From assembly GCA_964016885.1 (NCBI GenBank), contig OZ024762.1:29822001-29886000 (forward strand): a DNA stretch of 64,000 bases, read 5' to 3'. Below, piece by piece: positions 24,301 through 38,349 of the stretch. Under the pieces are notes generated by a model. The model did no database searches. It was given only the letters and a program-made list of their open reading frames with translations, and was not told the DNA's origin. This DNA comes from Eledone cirrhosa (Eukaryota). Positions within the stretch are counted from its first letter, which is position 1. The number at the start of each line of letters is the position of its first letter. The position numbers were made by a program, and so were the translations under genes.

Positions 24301-26249
24301 CAGCTGGATGCCCTTCCTAACACCAACTACGCTTACAGTGTGGAACTGGGAGGTTTTTACCGTGTTGCCTACACGGCCACATTACAGCGTGGACTGTCTG
24401 GCAGGTTTTCTACAGCTGGATGCCCTTCCTAACACCAACCACATTTACAGTGTGGACTGGGAGATTTTTACCGCGTTGCCTACACGGCCACATTACAGCG
24501 TGGACTGTCTGGCGGGTTTTCTACGGCTGGATGCCCTTCCTAACACCAACCACATTTACAGTGTGGACTGGGAGGTTTTTCCCGTGTTGCCTACACGGCC
24601 ACATTACAGCGTGGACTGTCTGGCGGGTTTTCTACGGCTGGATGCCCTTCCTAACACCAACCACATTTACAGTGTGGACTGGGAGGTTTTTACCGTGTTG
24701 CCTACAAGGCCACATTACAGCGTGGACTGTCTGGCGGGTTTTCTACGGCTGGATGCCCTTTCTAACACCAACCACATTTACAGTGTGGACTGGGAGGTTT
24801 TTACCGTGTTGCCTACACGGCCACATTACAGCGTGGACTGTCTGGCGGGTTTTCTACGGCTGGATGCCCTTCCTAACACCAACCACATTTACAGTGTGGA
24901 CTGGGAGGTTTTTACCGGGTTGCCTACACGGCCACATTACAGCGTGGACTTTCTGGCGGGTTATCTACGGCTGGATGCCCTTCCTATCACCAACCACATT
25001 TACAGTGTGGACTGGGAGGTTTTTACCGTGTTGCCTACACGGCCACATTACAGCGTGGACTGTCTGGCGGGTTTTCTACAGCTGGATGCCCTTCCTAACA
25101 CCAACTACGCTTACAGTGTGGAACTGGGAGGTTTTTACCGTGTTGCCTACACGGCCACATTACAGCGTGGACTGTCTGGCGGGTTTTCTACAGCTGGATG
25201 CCCTTCCTAACACCAACCACATTTACAGTGTGGACTGGGAGATTTTTACCGTGTTGCCTACACGGCCACATTACAGCGTGGACTGTCTGGCGGGTTTTCT
25301 ACGGCTGGATGCCCTTCCTAACACCAACCACATTTACAGTGTGGACTGGGAGGTTTTTACCGTGTTGCCTACACGGCCACATTACAGCGTGGACTGTCTG
25401 GCGGGTTTTCTACGGCTGGATGCCCTTCCTAACACCAACCACATTTAGTGTGGGGTTGCGTGGTTTTTACTGTGTTGCTTACACGGCCACATTATAGCGT
25501 GGACTGTCTGGCGGGTTTTCTACGGCTGGATGCCCTTCCTAACACCAACCACATTTACAGTGTGGACTGGGAGGTTTTTACCGTGTTGCCTACACGGCCA
25601 CATTACAGCGTGGACTGTCTGGCAGGTTATCTACGGCTGGATGCCTTTCCTAACACCAACCACATTTACAGTGTGGACTGGGAGGTTTTTACCGTGTTGC
25701 CTACACGGCCACATTACAGCGTGGACTGTCTGGCGGGTTTTCTACGGCTGGATGCCCTTCCTAACACCAACCACATTTACATTGTGGACTGGGAGATTTT
25801 TACCGTGTTGCCTACACGGCCACATTACAGCGTGGACTGACTGGCGGGTTTTCTACAGCTGGATGCTCTTCCTAACACCAACCACATTTACAGTGTGGAC
25901 TGGGAGATTTTTACCGTGTTGCCTACACGGCCACATTACAGCGTGGACTGTCTGGCGGGTTTTCTACGGCTGGATGTCCTTCCTAACACCAACCACATTT
26001 ACAGTGTGGGGCTGGGAGGTTTTTACTGTGTTGCCTACACAGCCACATTACAGCGTGGACTGTCTGGCGGGTTTTCTACGGCTGGATGCCCTTCCTAACA
26101 CCAACCACATTTACAGTGTGGGCTGGGAGGTTTTTACCGTGTTGCGTACACGGCCACATTACAGTGTGGACTGTCTGGCGGGTTTTCTACAGCTGGATGC
26201 CCTTCCTAACACCAACTACGCTTACAGTGTGGAACTGGGAGGTTTTTAC

Positions 26250-29200
26250 CGTGTTGCCTACACGGCCACATTACAGCGTGGTCTGTCTGGCGGGTTTTCT
26301 ACAGCTGAATGCCCTTCCTAACACCAACCACATTTACAGTGTGGACTGGGAGGTTTTTACCGTGTCGCCTACACGGCCACATTACAGCGTGGACTGTCTG
26401 GCGGGTTTTCTACAGCTGGATGCCCTTCCTAACACCAACCACATTTACAGTCTGGACTGGGAGATTTTTACCGTGTTGCCTACACGGCCACATTACAGCG
26501 TGGACTGTCTGGCGGGTTATCTACGGCTGGATGCCCTTCCTAACACCAACCACATTTACAGTGTGGACTGGGAGGTTTTTACCGTGTTGCCTACACGGCC
26601 ACATTACAGCGTGGACTGTCTGGCGGGTTTTCTACAGCTGGATGCCCTTCCTAACACCAACTACGCTTACAGTGTGGAACTGGGAGGTTTTTACCGTGTT
26701 GCCTACACGGCCACATTACAGCGTGGACTGTCTGGCGGGTTTTCTACAGCTGGATGCCCTTCCTAACACCAACCACATTTACAGTGTGGACTGGGAGATT
26801 TTTACCGTGTTGCCTACACGGCCACATTACAGCGTGGACTGTCTGGCGGGTTTTCTACGGCTGGATGCCCTTCCTAACACTAACCACATTTACAGTGTGG
26901 ACTGGGAGATTTTACCGTGTTGCCTACACGGCCACATTACAGCGTGGACTGTCTGGCGGGTTTTCTACGTTGGATGCCCTTCCTAACACCAACCACATTT
27001 ACAGTGTGGGCTGGGAGGTTTTTACCGTGTTGCCTACACGGCCACATTACAGTGTGGACTGTCTGGCGGGTTTTCTACAGCTGGATGCCCTTCCTAACAC
27101 CAACTACGCTTACAGTGTGGAACTGGGAGGTTTTTACCGTGTTGCCTACACGGCCACATTACAGCGTGGACTGTCTGGCGGGTTTTCTACAGCTGGATGC
27201 CCTTCCTAACACCAACCACATTTACAGTGTGGACTGGGAGATTTTTACCGCGTTGCCTACACGGCCACATTACAGCGTGGACTGTCTGGCGGGTTTTCTA
27301 CGGCTGGATGCCCTTCCTAACACCAACCACATTTACAGTGTGGACTGGGAGGTTTTTCCCGTGTTGCCTACACGGCCACATTACAGCGTGGACTGTCTGG
27401 CGGGTTTTCTACGGCTGGATGCCCTTCCTAACACCAACCACATTTACAGTGTGGACTGGGAGGTTTTTACCGTGTTGCCTACAAGGCCACATTACAGCGT
27501 GGACTGTCTGGCGGGTTTTCTACGGCTGGATGCCCTTTCTAACACCAACCACATTTACATTGTGGACTGGGAGATTTTTACCGTGTTGCCTACACGGCCA
27601 CATTACAGCGTGGACTGTCTGGCGGGTTTTCTACAGCTGGATGCCCTTCCTAACACCAACCACATTTACAGTGTGGACTGCGAGATTTTTACCGTGTTGC
27701 CTACACGGCCACATTACAGCGTGGACTGTCTGGCGGGTTTTCTACAGCTGGATGCCCTTCCTAACACCAACCACATTTACAGTGTGGACTGGGAGGTTTT
27801 TACCGGGTTGCCTACACGGCCACATTACAGCGTGGACTGTCTGGCGGGTTTTCTACAGCTGGATGCCCTTCCTAACACCAACTACGTTTACAGTGTGGAA
27901 ATGGGAGGTTTTTCCCGTGTTGCCTACACGGCGACATTACAGCGTGGACTGTCTGGCGGGTTTTCTACAGCTGGATGCCCTTCCTAACACCAACCACATT
28001 TACAGTGTGGACTGGGAGCTTTTTACCGTGTTGCCTACACGGCCACATTACAGCGTGGACTGTCTGGCGGGTTATCTACGGCTGGATGCCCTTCCTAACA
28101 CCAACCACATTTACAGTGTGGAACTGGGAGGTTTTTACCGTGTTGCCTACACGCCCACATTACAGCGTGGACTGTCTGGCGGATTTTCTACAGCTGGATG
28201 CCCTTCCTAACACCAACCACATTTACAGTGTGGACTGGGAGATTTTTACCGTGTTGCCTACACGGCCACATTACAGCGTGGACTGTCTGGCGGGTTTTCT
28301 ACGGCTGGATGCCCTTCCTAACACCAACCACATTTACAGTGTGGACTGGGAGGTTTTTACCGTGTTGCCTTCACGGCCACATTACAGCGTTGACTGTCTG
28401 GCGGGTTTTCTACGGCTGGATGCCCTTCCTAACACCAACCACATTTACAGTGTGGACTGGGAGGTTTTTACCGTGTTGCCTACACGGCCACATTACAGCG
28501 TGGACTGTCTGGCGGGTTTTCTACGGCTGGATGCCCTTCCTAACACCAACCACATTTAGTGTGGGGTTGCGTGGTTTTTACTGTGTCGCTTACACGGCCA
28601 CATTATAGCGTGGACTGTCTGGCGGGTTTTCTACGGCTGGATGCCCTTCCTAACACCAACCACATTTACAGTGTGGACTGGGAGGTTTTTACTGTGTTGC
28701 TTACACGGCCACATTATAGCGTGGACTGTCTGGCGGGTTTTCTACGGCTGGATGCCCTTCCTAACACCAACCACATTTACAGTGTGGACTGGGAGGTTTT
28801 TACCGTGTTGCCTACACGGCCACATTACAGCGTGGACTGTCTGGCGGGTTATCTACGGCTGGATGCCCTTCCTAACACCAACCACATTTACATTGTGGAC
28901 TGGGAGACTTTTACCGTGTTGCCTACACGGCCACATTACAGCGTGGACTGACTGGCGGGTTTTCTACAGCTGGATGCTCTTCCTAACACCAACCACATTT
29001 ACAGTGTGGACTGGGAGATTTTTACCGTGTTGCCTACACGGCCACATTACAGCGTGGACTGTCTGGCGGGTTTTCTACAGCTGGATGCCCTTCCTAACAC
29101 CAACCACATTTACAGTGTGGGACTGGGAGGTTTTTACTGTGTTGCCTACACGGCCACATTACAGCGTGGACTGTCTGGCGGGTTTTCTACAGCTGGATGC

Positions 29201-32200
29201 CCTTCCTAACACCAACTACGTTTACAGTGTGGAACTGGGAGGTTTTTACCGTGTTGCCTACACGGCCACATTACAGCGTGGACTGTCTGGCGGGTTTTCT
29301 ACGTTGGATGCCCTTCCTAACACCAACCACATTTACAGTGTGGGCTGGGAGGTTTTTACCGTGTTGCCTACACGGCCACATTACAGTGTGGACTGTCTGG
29401 CGGGTTTTCTACAGCTGGATGCCCTTCCTAACACCAACTACGCTTACAGTGTGGAACTGGGAGGTTTTTACCGTGTTGCCTACACGGCCACATTACAGCG
29501 TGGACTGTCTGGCGGGTTTTCTACAGCTGGATGCCCTTCCTAACACCAACCACATTTACAGTGTGGACTGGGAGATTTTTACCGCGTTGCCTACACGGCC
29601 ACATTACAGCGTGGACTGTCTGGCGGGTTTTCTACGGCTGGATGCCCTTCCTAACACCAACCACATTTACAGTGTGGACTGGGAGGTTTTTCCCGTGTTG
29701 CCTACACGGCCACATTACAGCGTGGACTGTCTGGCGGGTTTTCTACGGCTGGATGCCCTTCCTAACACCAACCACATTTACAGTGTGGACTGGGAGGTTT
29801 TTACCGTGTTGCCTACAAGGCCACATTACAGCGTGGACTGTCTGGCGGGTTTTCTACGGCTGGATGCCCTTTCTAACACCAACCACATTTACATTGTGGA
29901 CTGGGAGATTTTTACCGTGTTGCCTACACGGCCACATTACAGCGTGGACTGTCTGGCGGGTTTTCTACAGCTGGATGCCCTTCCTAACACCAACCACATT
30001 TACAGTGTGGACTGCGAGATTTTTACCGTGTTGCCTACACGGCCACATTACAGCGTGGACTGTCTGGCGGGTTTTCTACAGCTGGATGCCCTTCCTAACA
30101 CCAACCACATTTACAGTGTGGACTGGGAGGTTTTTACCGGGTTGCCTACACGGCCACATTACAGCGTGGACTGTCTGGCGGGTTTTCTACAGCTGGATGC
30201 CCTTCCTAACACCAACTACGTTTACAGTGTGGAAATGGGAGGTTTTTCCCGTGTTGCCTACACGGCGACATTACAGCGTGGACTGTCTGGCGGGTTTTCT
30301 ACAGCTGGATGCCCTTCCTAACACCAACCACATTTACACAGTGTGGACTGGGAGCTTTTTACCGTGTTGCCTACACGGCCACATTACAGCGTGGACTGTC
30401 TGGCGGGTTATCTACGGCTGGATGCCCTTCCTAACACCAACCACATTTACAGTGTGGAACTGGGAGGTTTTTACCGTGTTGCCTACACGCCCACATTACA
30501 GCGTGGACTGTCTGGCGGGTTTTCTACAGCTGGATGCCCTTCCTAACACCAACCACATTTACAGTGTGGACTGGGAGATTTTTACCGTGTTGCCTACACG
30601 GCCACATTACAGCGTGGACTGTCTGGCGGGTTTTCTACGGCTGGATGCCCTTCCTAACACCAACCACATTTACAGTGTGGACTGGGAGGTTTTTACCGTG
30701 TTGCCTTCACGGCCACATTACAGCGTTGACTGTCTGGCGGGTTTTCTACGGCTGGATGCCCTTCCTAACACCAACCACATTTACAGTGTGGACTGGGAGG
30801 TTTTTACCGTGTTGCCTACACGGCCACATTACAGCGTGGACTGTCTGGCGGGTTTTCTACGGCTGGATGCCCTTCCTAACACCAACCACATTTAGTGTGG
30901 GGTTGCGTGGTTTTTACTGTGTCGCTTACACGGCCACATTATAGCGTGGACTGTCTGGCGGGTTTTCTACGGCTGGATGCCCTTCCTAACACCAACCACA
31001 TTTACAGTGTGGACTGGGAGGTTTTTACTGTGTTGCTTACACGGCCACATTATAGCGTGGACTGTCTGGCGGGTTTTCTACGGCTGGATGCCCTTCCTAA
31101 CACCAACCACATTTACAGTGTGGACTGGGAGGTTTTTACCGTGTTGCCTACACGGCCACATTACAGCGTGGACTGTCTGGCGGGTTATCTACGGCTGGAT
31201 GCCCTTCCTAACACCAACCACATTTACATTGTGGACTGGGAGACTTTTACCGTGTTGCCTACACGGCCACATTACAGCGTGGACTGACTGGCGGGTTTTC
31301 TACAGCTGGATGCTCTTCCTAACACCAACCACATTTACAGTGTGGACTGGGAGATTTTTACCGTGTTGCCTACACGGCCACATTACAGCGTGGACTGTCT
31401 GGCGGGTTTTCTACAGCTGGATGCCCTTCCTAACACCAACCACATTTACAGTGTGGGACTGGGAGGTTTTTACTGTGTTGCCTACACGGCCACATTACAG
31501 CGTGGACTGTCTGGCGGGTTTTCTACAGCTGGATGCCCTTCCTAACACCAACTACGTTTACAGTGTGGAACTGGGAGGTTTTTACCGTGTTGCATACACG
31601 GCCACATTACAGCGTGGACTGTCTGGCGGGTTTTCTACGGCTGGATGCCCTTCCTAACACCAACCACATTTACAGTGTGGGCTGGGAGGTTTTTACCGTG
31701 TTGCCTACACGGCCACATTACAGTGTGGACTGTCTGGCGGGTTTTCTACAGCTGGATGCCCTTCCTAACACCAACTACGCTTACAGTGTGGAACTGGGAG
31801 GTTTTTACCGTGTTGCCTACACGGCCACATTACAGCGTGGACTGTCTGGCGGGTTTTCTACAGCTGGATGCCCTTCCTAACACCAACCACATTTACAGTG
31901 TGGACTGGGAGATTTTTACCGTGTTGCCTACACGGCCACATTACAGCGTGGACTGTCTGGCGGGTTTTCTACGGCTGGATGCCCTTCCTAACACCAACCA
32001 CATTTACAGTGTGGACTGGGAGGTTTTTACCATGTTGCCTACACGGCCACATTACAGCGTGGACTGTCTGGCGGGTTTTCTACGGCTGGATGCCCTTCCT
32101 AACACCAACCACATTTAGTGTGGGGTTGCGTGGTTTTTACTGTGTTGCTTACACGGCCACATTATAGCGTGGACTGTCTGGCGGGTTATCTACGGCTGGA

Positions 32201-35200
32201 TGCCCTTCCTAACACCAACCACATTTACAGTGTGGACTGGGAGGTTTTTACCGTGTTGCCTACACGGCCACATTACAGCGTGGACTGTCTGGCGGGTTAT
32301 CTACGGCTGGATGCCTTTCCTAACACCAACCACATTTACAGTGTGGACTGGGAGGTTTTTACCGTGTTGCCTACACGGCCACATTACAGCGTGGACTGTC
32401 TGGCGGGTTTTCTACGGATGGATGCCCTTCCTAACACCAACCACATTTACATTGTGGACTGGGAGATTTTTACCGTGTTGCCTACACGGCCACATTACAG
32501 CGTGGACTGACTGGCGGGTTTTCTACAGCTGGATGCTCTTCCTAACACCAACCACATTTACAGTGTGGACTGGGAGATTTTTACCGTGTTGCCTACACGG
32601 CCACATTACAGCGTGGACTGTCTGGCGGGTTTTCTACGGCTGGATGTCCTTCCTAACACCAACCACATTTACAGTGTGGGGCTGGGAGGTTTTTACTGTG
32701 TTGCCTACACAGCCACATTACAGCGTGGACTGCCTGGCGGGTTTTCTACGGCTGGATGCCCTTCCTAACACCAACCACATTTACAGTGTGGACTGGGAGG
32801 TTTTTACCGTGTCGCCTCCACGGCCACATTACAGCGTGGACTGTCTGGCGGGTTTTCTACAGCTGGATGCCCTTCCTAACACCAACCACATTTACAGTGT
32901 GGACTGGGAGATTTTTACCGTGTTGCCTACACGGCCACATTACAGCGTGGACTGTCTGGCGGGTTATCTACGGCTGGATGCCCTTCCTAACACCAACCAC
33001 ATTTACAGTGTGGACTGGGAGGTTTTTACCGTGTTGCCTACACGGCCACATTACAGCGTGGACTGTCTGGCGGGTTTTCTACAGCTGGATGCCCTTCCTA
33101 ACACCAACTACGCTTACAGTGTGGAACTGGGAGGTTTTTACCGTGTTGCCTACACGGCCACATTACAGCGTGGTCTGTCTGGCGGGTTTTCTACAGCTGA
33201 ATGCCCTTCCTAACACCAACCACATTTACAGTGTGGACTGGGAGGTTTTTACCGTGTCGCCTACACGGCCACATTACAGCGTGGACTGTCTGGCGGGTTT
33301 TCTACAGCTGGATGCCCTTCCTAACACCAACCACATTTACAGTCTGGACTGGGAGATTTTTACCGTGTTGCCTACACGGCCACATTACAGCGTGGACTGT
33401 CTGGCGGGTTATCTACGGCTGGATGCCCTTCCTAACACCAACCACATTTACAGTGTGGACTGGGAGGTTTTTACCGTGTTGCCTACACGGCCACATTACA
33501 GCGTGGACTGTCTGGCGGGTTTTCTACAGCTGGATGCCCTTCCTAACACCAACTACGCTTACAGTGTGGAACTGGGAGGTTTTTACCGTGTTGCCTACAC
33601 GGCCACATTACAGCGTGGACTGTCTGGCGGGTTTTCTACAGCTGGATGCCCTTCCTAACACCAACCACATTTACAGTGTGGACTGGGAGATTTTTACCGT
33701 GTTGCCTACACGGCCACATTACAGCGTGGACTGTCTGGCGGGTTTTCTACGGCTGGATGCCCTTCCTAACACTAACCACATTTACAGTGTGGACTGGGAG
33801 ATTTTACCGTGTTGCCTACACGGCCACATTACAGCGTGGACTGTCTGGCGGGTTTTCTACGTTGGATGCCCTTCCTAACACCAACCACATTTACAGTGTG
33901 GGCTGGGAGGTTTTTACCGTGTTGCCTACACGGCCACATTACAGTGTGGACTGTCTGGCGGGTTTTCTACAGCTGGATGCCCTTCCTAACACCAACTACG
34001 CTTACAGTGTGGAACTGGGAGGTTTTTACCGTGTTGCCTACACGGCCACATTACAGCGTGGACTGTCTGGCGGGTTTTCTACAGCTGGATGCCCTTCCTA
34101 ACACCAACCACATTTACAGTGTGGACTGGGAGATTTTTACCGCGTTGCCTACACGGCCACATTACAGCGTGGACTGTCTGGCGGGTTTTCTACGGCTGGA
34201 TGCCCTTCCTAACACCAACCACATTTACAGTGTGGACTGGGAGGTTTTTCCCGTGTTGCCTACACGGCCACATTACAGCGTGGACTGTCTGGCGGGTTTT
34301 CTACGGCTGGATGCCCTTCCTAACACCAACCACATTTACAGTGTGGACTGGGAGGTTTTTACCGTGTTGCCTACAAGGCCACATTACAGCGTGGACTGTC
34401 TGGCGGGTTTTCTACGGCTGGATGCCCTTTCTAACACCAACCACATTTACATTGTGGACTGGGAGATTTTTACCGTGTTGCCTACACGGCCACATTACAG
34501 CGTGGACTGTCTGGCGGGTTTTCTACAGCTGGATGCCCTTCCTAACACCAACCACATTTACAGTGTGGACTGCGAGATTTTTACCGTGTTGCCTACACGG
34601 CCACATTACAGCGTGGACTGTCTGGCGGGTTTTCTACAGCTGGATGCCCTTCCTAACACCAACCACATTTACAGTGTGGACTGGGAGGTTTTTACCGGGT
34701 TGCCTACACGGCCACATTACAGCGTGGACTGTCTGGCGGGTTTTCTACAGCTGGATGCCCTTCCTAACACCAACTACGTTTACAGTGTGGAAATGGGAGG
34801 TTTTTCCCGTGTTGCCTACACGGCGACATTACAGCGTGGACTGTCTGGCGGGTTTTCTACAGCTGGATGCCCTTCCTAACACCAACCACATTTACAGTGT
34901 GGACTGGGAGCTTTTTACCGTGTTGCCTACACGGCCACATTACAGCGTGGACTGTCTGGCGGGTTATCTACGGCTGGATGCCCTTCCTAACACCAACCAC
35001 ATTTACAGTGTGGAACTGGGAGGTTTTTACCGTGTTGCCTACACGCCCACATTACAGCGTGGACTGTCTGGCGGGTTTTCTACAGCTGGATGCCCTTCCT
35101 AACACCAACCACATTTACAGTGTGGACTGGGAGATTTTTACCGTGTTGCCTACACGGCCACATTACAGCGTGGACTGTCTGGCGGGTTTTCTACGGCTGG

Positions 35201-38050
35201 ATGCCCTTCCTAACACCAACCACATTTACAGTGTGGACTGGGAGGTTTTTACCGTGTTGCCTTCACGGCCACATTACAGCGTTGACTGTCTGGCGGGTTT
35301 TCTACGGCTGGATGCCCTTCCTAACACCAACCACATTTACAGTGTGGACTGGGAGGTTTTTACCGTGTTGCCTACACGGCCACATTACAGCGTGGACTGT
35401 CTGGCGGGTTTTCTACGGCTGGATGCCCTTCCTAACACCAACCACATTTAGTGTGGGGTTGCGTGGTTTTTACTGTGTCGCTTACACGGCCACATTATAG
35501 CGTGGACTGTCTGGCGGGTTTTCTACGGCTGGATGCCCTTCCTAACACCAACCACATTTACAGTGTGGACTGGGAGGTTTTTACTGTGTTGCTTACACGG
35601 CCACATTATAGCGTGGACTGTCTGGCGGGTTTTCTACGGCTGGATGCCCTTCCTAACACCAACCACATTTACAGTGTGGACTGGGAGGTTTTTACCGTGT
35701 TGCCTACACGGCCACATTACAGCGTGGACTGTCTGGCGGGTTATCTACGGCTGGATGCCCTTCCTAACACCAACCACATTTACATTGTGGACTGGGAGAC
35801 TTTTACCGTGTTGCCTACACGGCCACATTACAGCGTGGACTGATTGGCGGGTTTTCTACAGCTGGATGCTCTTCCTAACACCAACCACATTTACAGTGTG
35901 GACTGGGAGATTTTTACCGTGTTGCCTACACGGCCACATTACAGCGTGGACTGTCTGGCGGGTTTTCTACAGCTGGATGCCCTTCCTAACACCAACCACA
36001 TTTACAGTGTGGGACTGGGAGGTTTTTACTGTGTTGCCTACACGGCCACATTACAGCGTGGACTGTCTGGCGGGTTTTCTACAGCTGGATGCCCTTCCTA
36101 ACACCAACTACGTTTACAGTGTGGAACTGGGAGGTTTTTACCGTGTTGCATACACGGCCACATTACAGCGTGGACTGTCTGGCGGGTTTTCTACGGCTGG
36201 ATGCCCTTCCTAACACCAACCACATTTACAGTGTGGGCTGGGAGGTTTTTACCGTGTTGCCTACACGGCCACATTACAGTGTGGACTGTCTGGCGGGTTT
36301 TCTACAGCTGGATGCCCTTCCTAACACCAACTACGCTTACAGTGTGGAACTGGGAGGTTTTTACCGTGTTGCCTACACGGCCTCATTACAGCGTGGACTG
36401 TCTGGCGGGTTTTCTACAGCTGGATGCCCTTCCTAACACCAACCACATTTACAGTGTGGACTGGGAGGTTTTTACCGTGTTGCCTACACGGCCACATTAC
36501 AGCGTGGACTGTCTGGCGGGTTATCTACGGCTGGATGCCCTTCCTATCACCAACCACATTTACAGTGTGGACTGGGAGGTTTTTACCGTGTTGCCTACAC
36601 GGCCACATTACAGCGTGGACTGTCTGGCGGGTTTTCTACAGCTGGATGCCCTTCCTAACACCAACTACGCTTACAGTGTGGAACTGGGAGGTTTTTACCG
36701 TGTTGCCTACACGGCCACATTACAGCGTGGACTGTCTGGCGGGTTTTCTACAGCTGGATGCCCTTCCTAACACCAACCACATTTACAGTGTGGACTGGGA
36801 GATTTTTACCGTGTTGCCTACACGGCCACATTACAGCGTGGACTGTCTGGCGGGTTTTCTACGGCTGGATGCCCTTCCTAACACCAACCACATTTACAGT
36901 GTGGACTGGGAGGTTTTTACCATGTTGCCTACACGGCCACATTACAGCGTGGACTGTCTGGCGGGTTTTCTACGGCTGGATGCCCTTCCTAACACCAACC
37001 ACATTTAGTGTGGGGTTGCGTGGTTTTTACTGTGTTGCTTACACGGCCACATTATAGCGTGGACTGTCTGGCGGGTTATCTACGGCTGGATGCCCTTCCT
37101 AACACCAACCACATTTACAGTGTGGACTGGGAGGTTTTTACCGTGTTGCCTACACGGCCACATTACAGCGTGGACTGTCTGGCGGGTTATCTACGGCTGG
37201 ATGCCTTTCCTAACACCAACCACATTTACAGTGTGGACTGGGAGGTTTTTACCGTGTTGCCTACACGGCCACATTACAGCGTGGACTGTCTGGCGGGTTT
37301 TCTACGGATGGATGCCCTTCCTAACACCAACCACATTTACATTGTGGACTGGGAGATTTTTACCGTGTTGCCTACACGGCCACATTACAGCGTGGACTGA
37401 CTGGCGGGTTTTCTACAGCTGGATGCTCTTCCTAACACCAACCACATTTACAGTGTGGACTGGGAGATTTTTACCGTGTTGCCTACACGGCCACATTACA
37501 GCGTGGACTGTCTGGCGGGTTTTCTACGGCTGGATGTCCTTCCTAACACCAACCACATTTACAGTGTGGGGCTGGGAGGTTTTTACTGTGTTGCCTACAC
37601 AGCCACATTACAGCGTGGACTGCCTGGCGGGTTTTCTACGGCTGGATGCCCTTCCTAACACCAACCACATTTACAGTGTGGACTGGGAGGTTTTTACCGT
37701 GTCGCCTCCACGGCCACATTACAGCGTGGACTGTCTGGCGGGTTTTCTACAGCTGGATGCCCTTCCTAACACCAACCACATTTACAGTGTGGACTGGGAG
37801 ATTTTTACCGTGTTGCCTACACGGCCACATTACAGCGTGGACTGTCTGGCGGGTTATCTACGGCTGGATGCCCTTCCTAACACCAACCACATTTACAGTG
37901 TGGACTGGGAGGTTTTTACCGTGTTGCCTACACGGCCACATTACAGCGTGGACTGTCTGGCGGGTTTTCTACAGCTGGATGCCCTTCCTAACACCAACTA
38001 CGCTTACAGTGTGGAACTGGGAGGTTTTTACCGTGTTGCCTACACGGCCA
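26250..38050. repeat. Nested tandem duplication: ~4.6-4.9 kb unit duplicated, with a 2334-2336 bp internal duplication in the first copy
   Basis: Offset 6892 for ORFs 26309/33201, 26754/33646, 27197/34089, 28559/35451; offset 2334-2336 for 27197/29531 and 28559/30895; offset 4556 for 31533/36089; offset 4890 for 31868/36758, 32118/37008, 32565/37455. Confidence 0.85.
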
Positions 38051-38349
38051 CATTACAGCGTGGACTGTCTGGCGGGTTTTCTACAGCTGGATGCCCTTCC
38101 TAACACCAACCACATTTACAGTGTGGACTGGGAGATTTTTACCGTGTTGCCTACACGGCCACATTACAGCGTGGACTGTCTGGCGGGTTTTCTACGGCTG
38201 GATGCCCTTCCTAACACCAACCACATTTACAGTGTGGACTGGGAGGTTTTTACCGTGTTGCCTACACGACCACATTACAGCGTGGACTGTCTGGCGGGTT
38301 TTCTACAGCTGGATGCCCTTCCTAACACCAACCACATTTACATTGTGGA

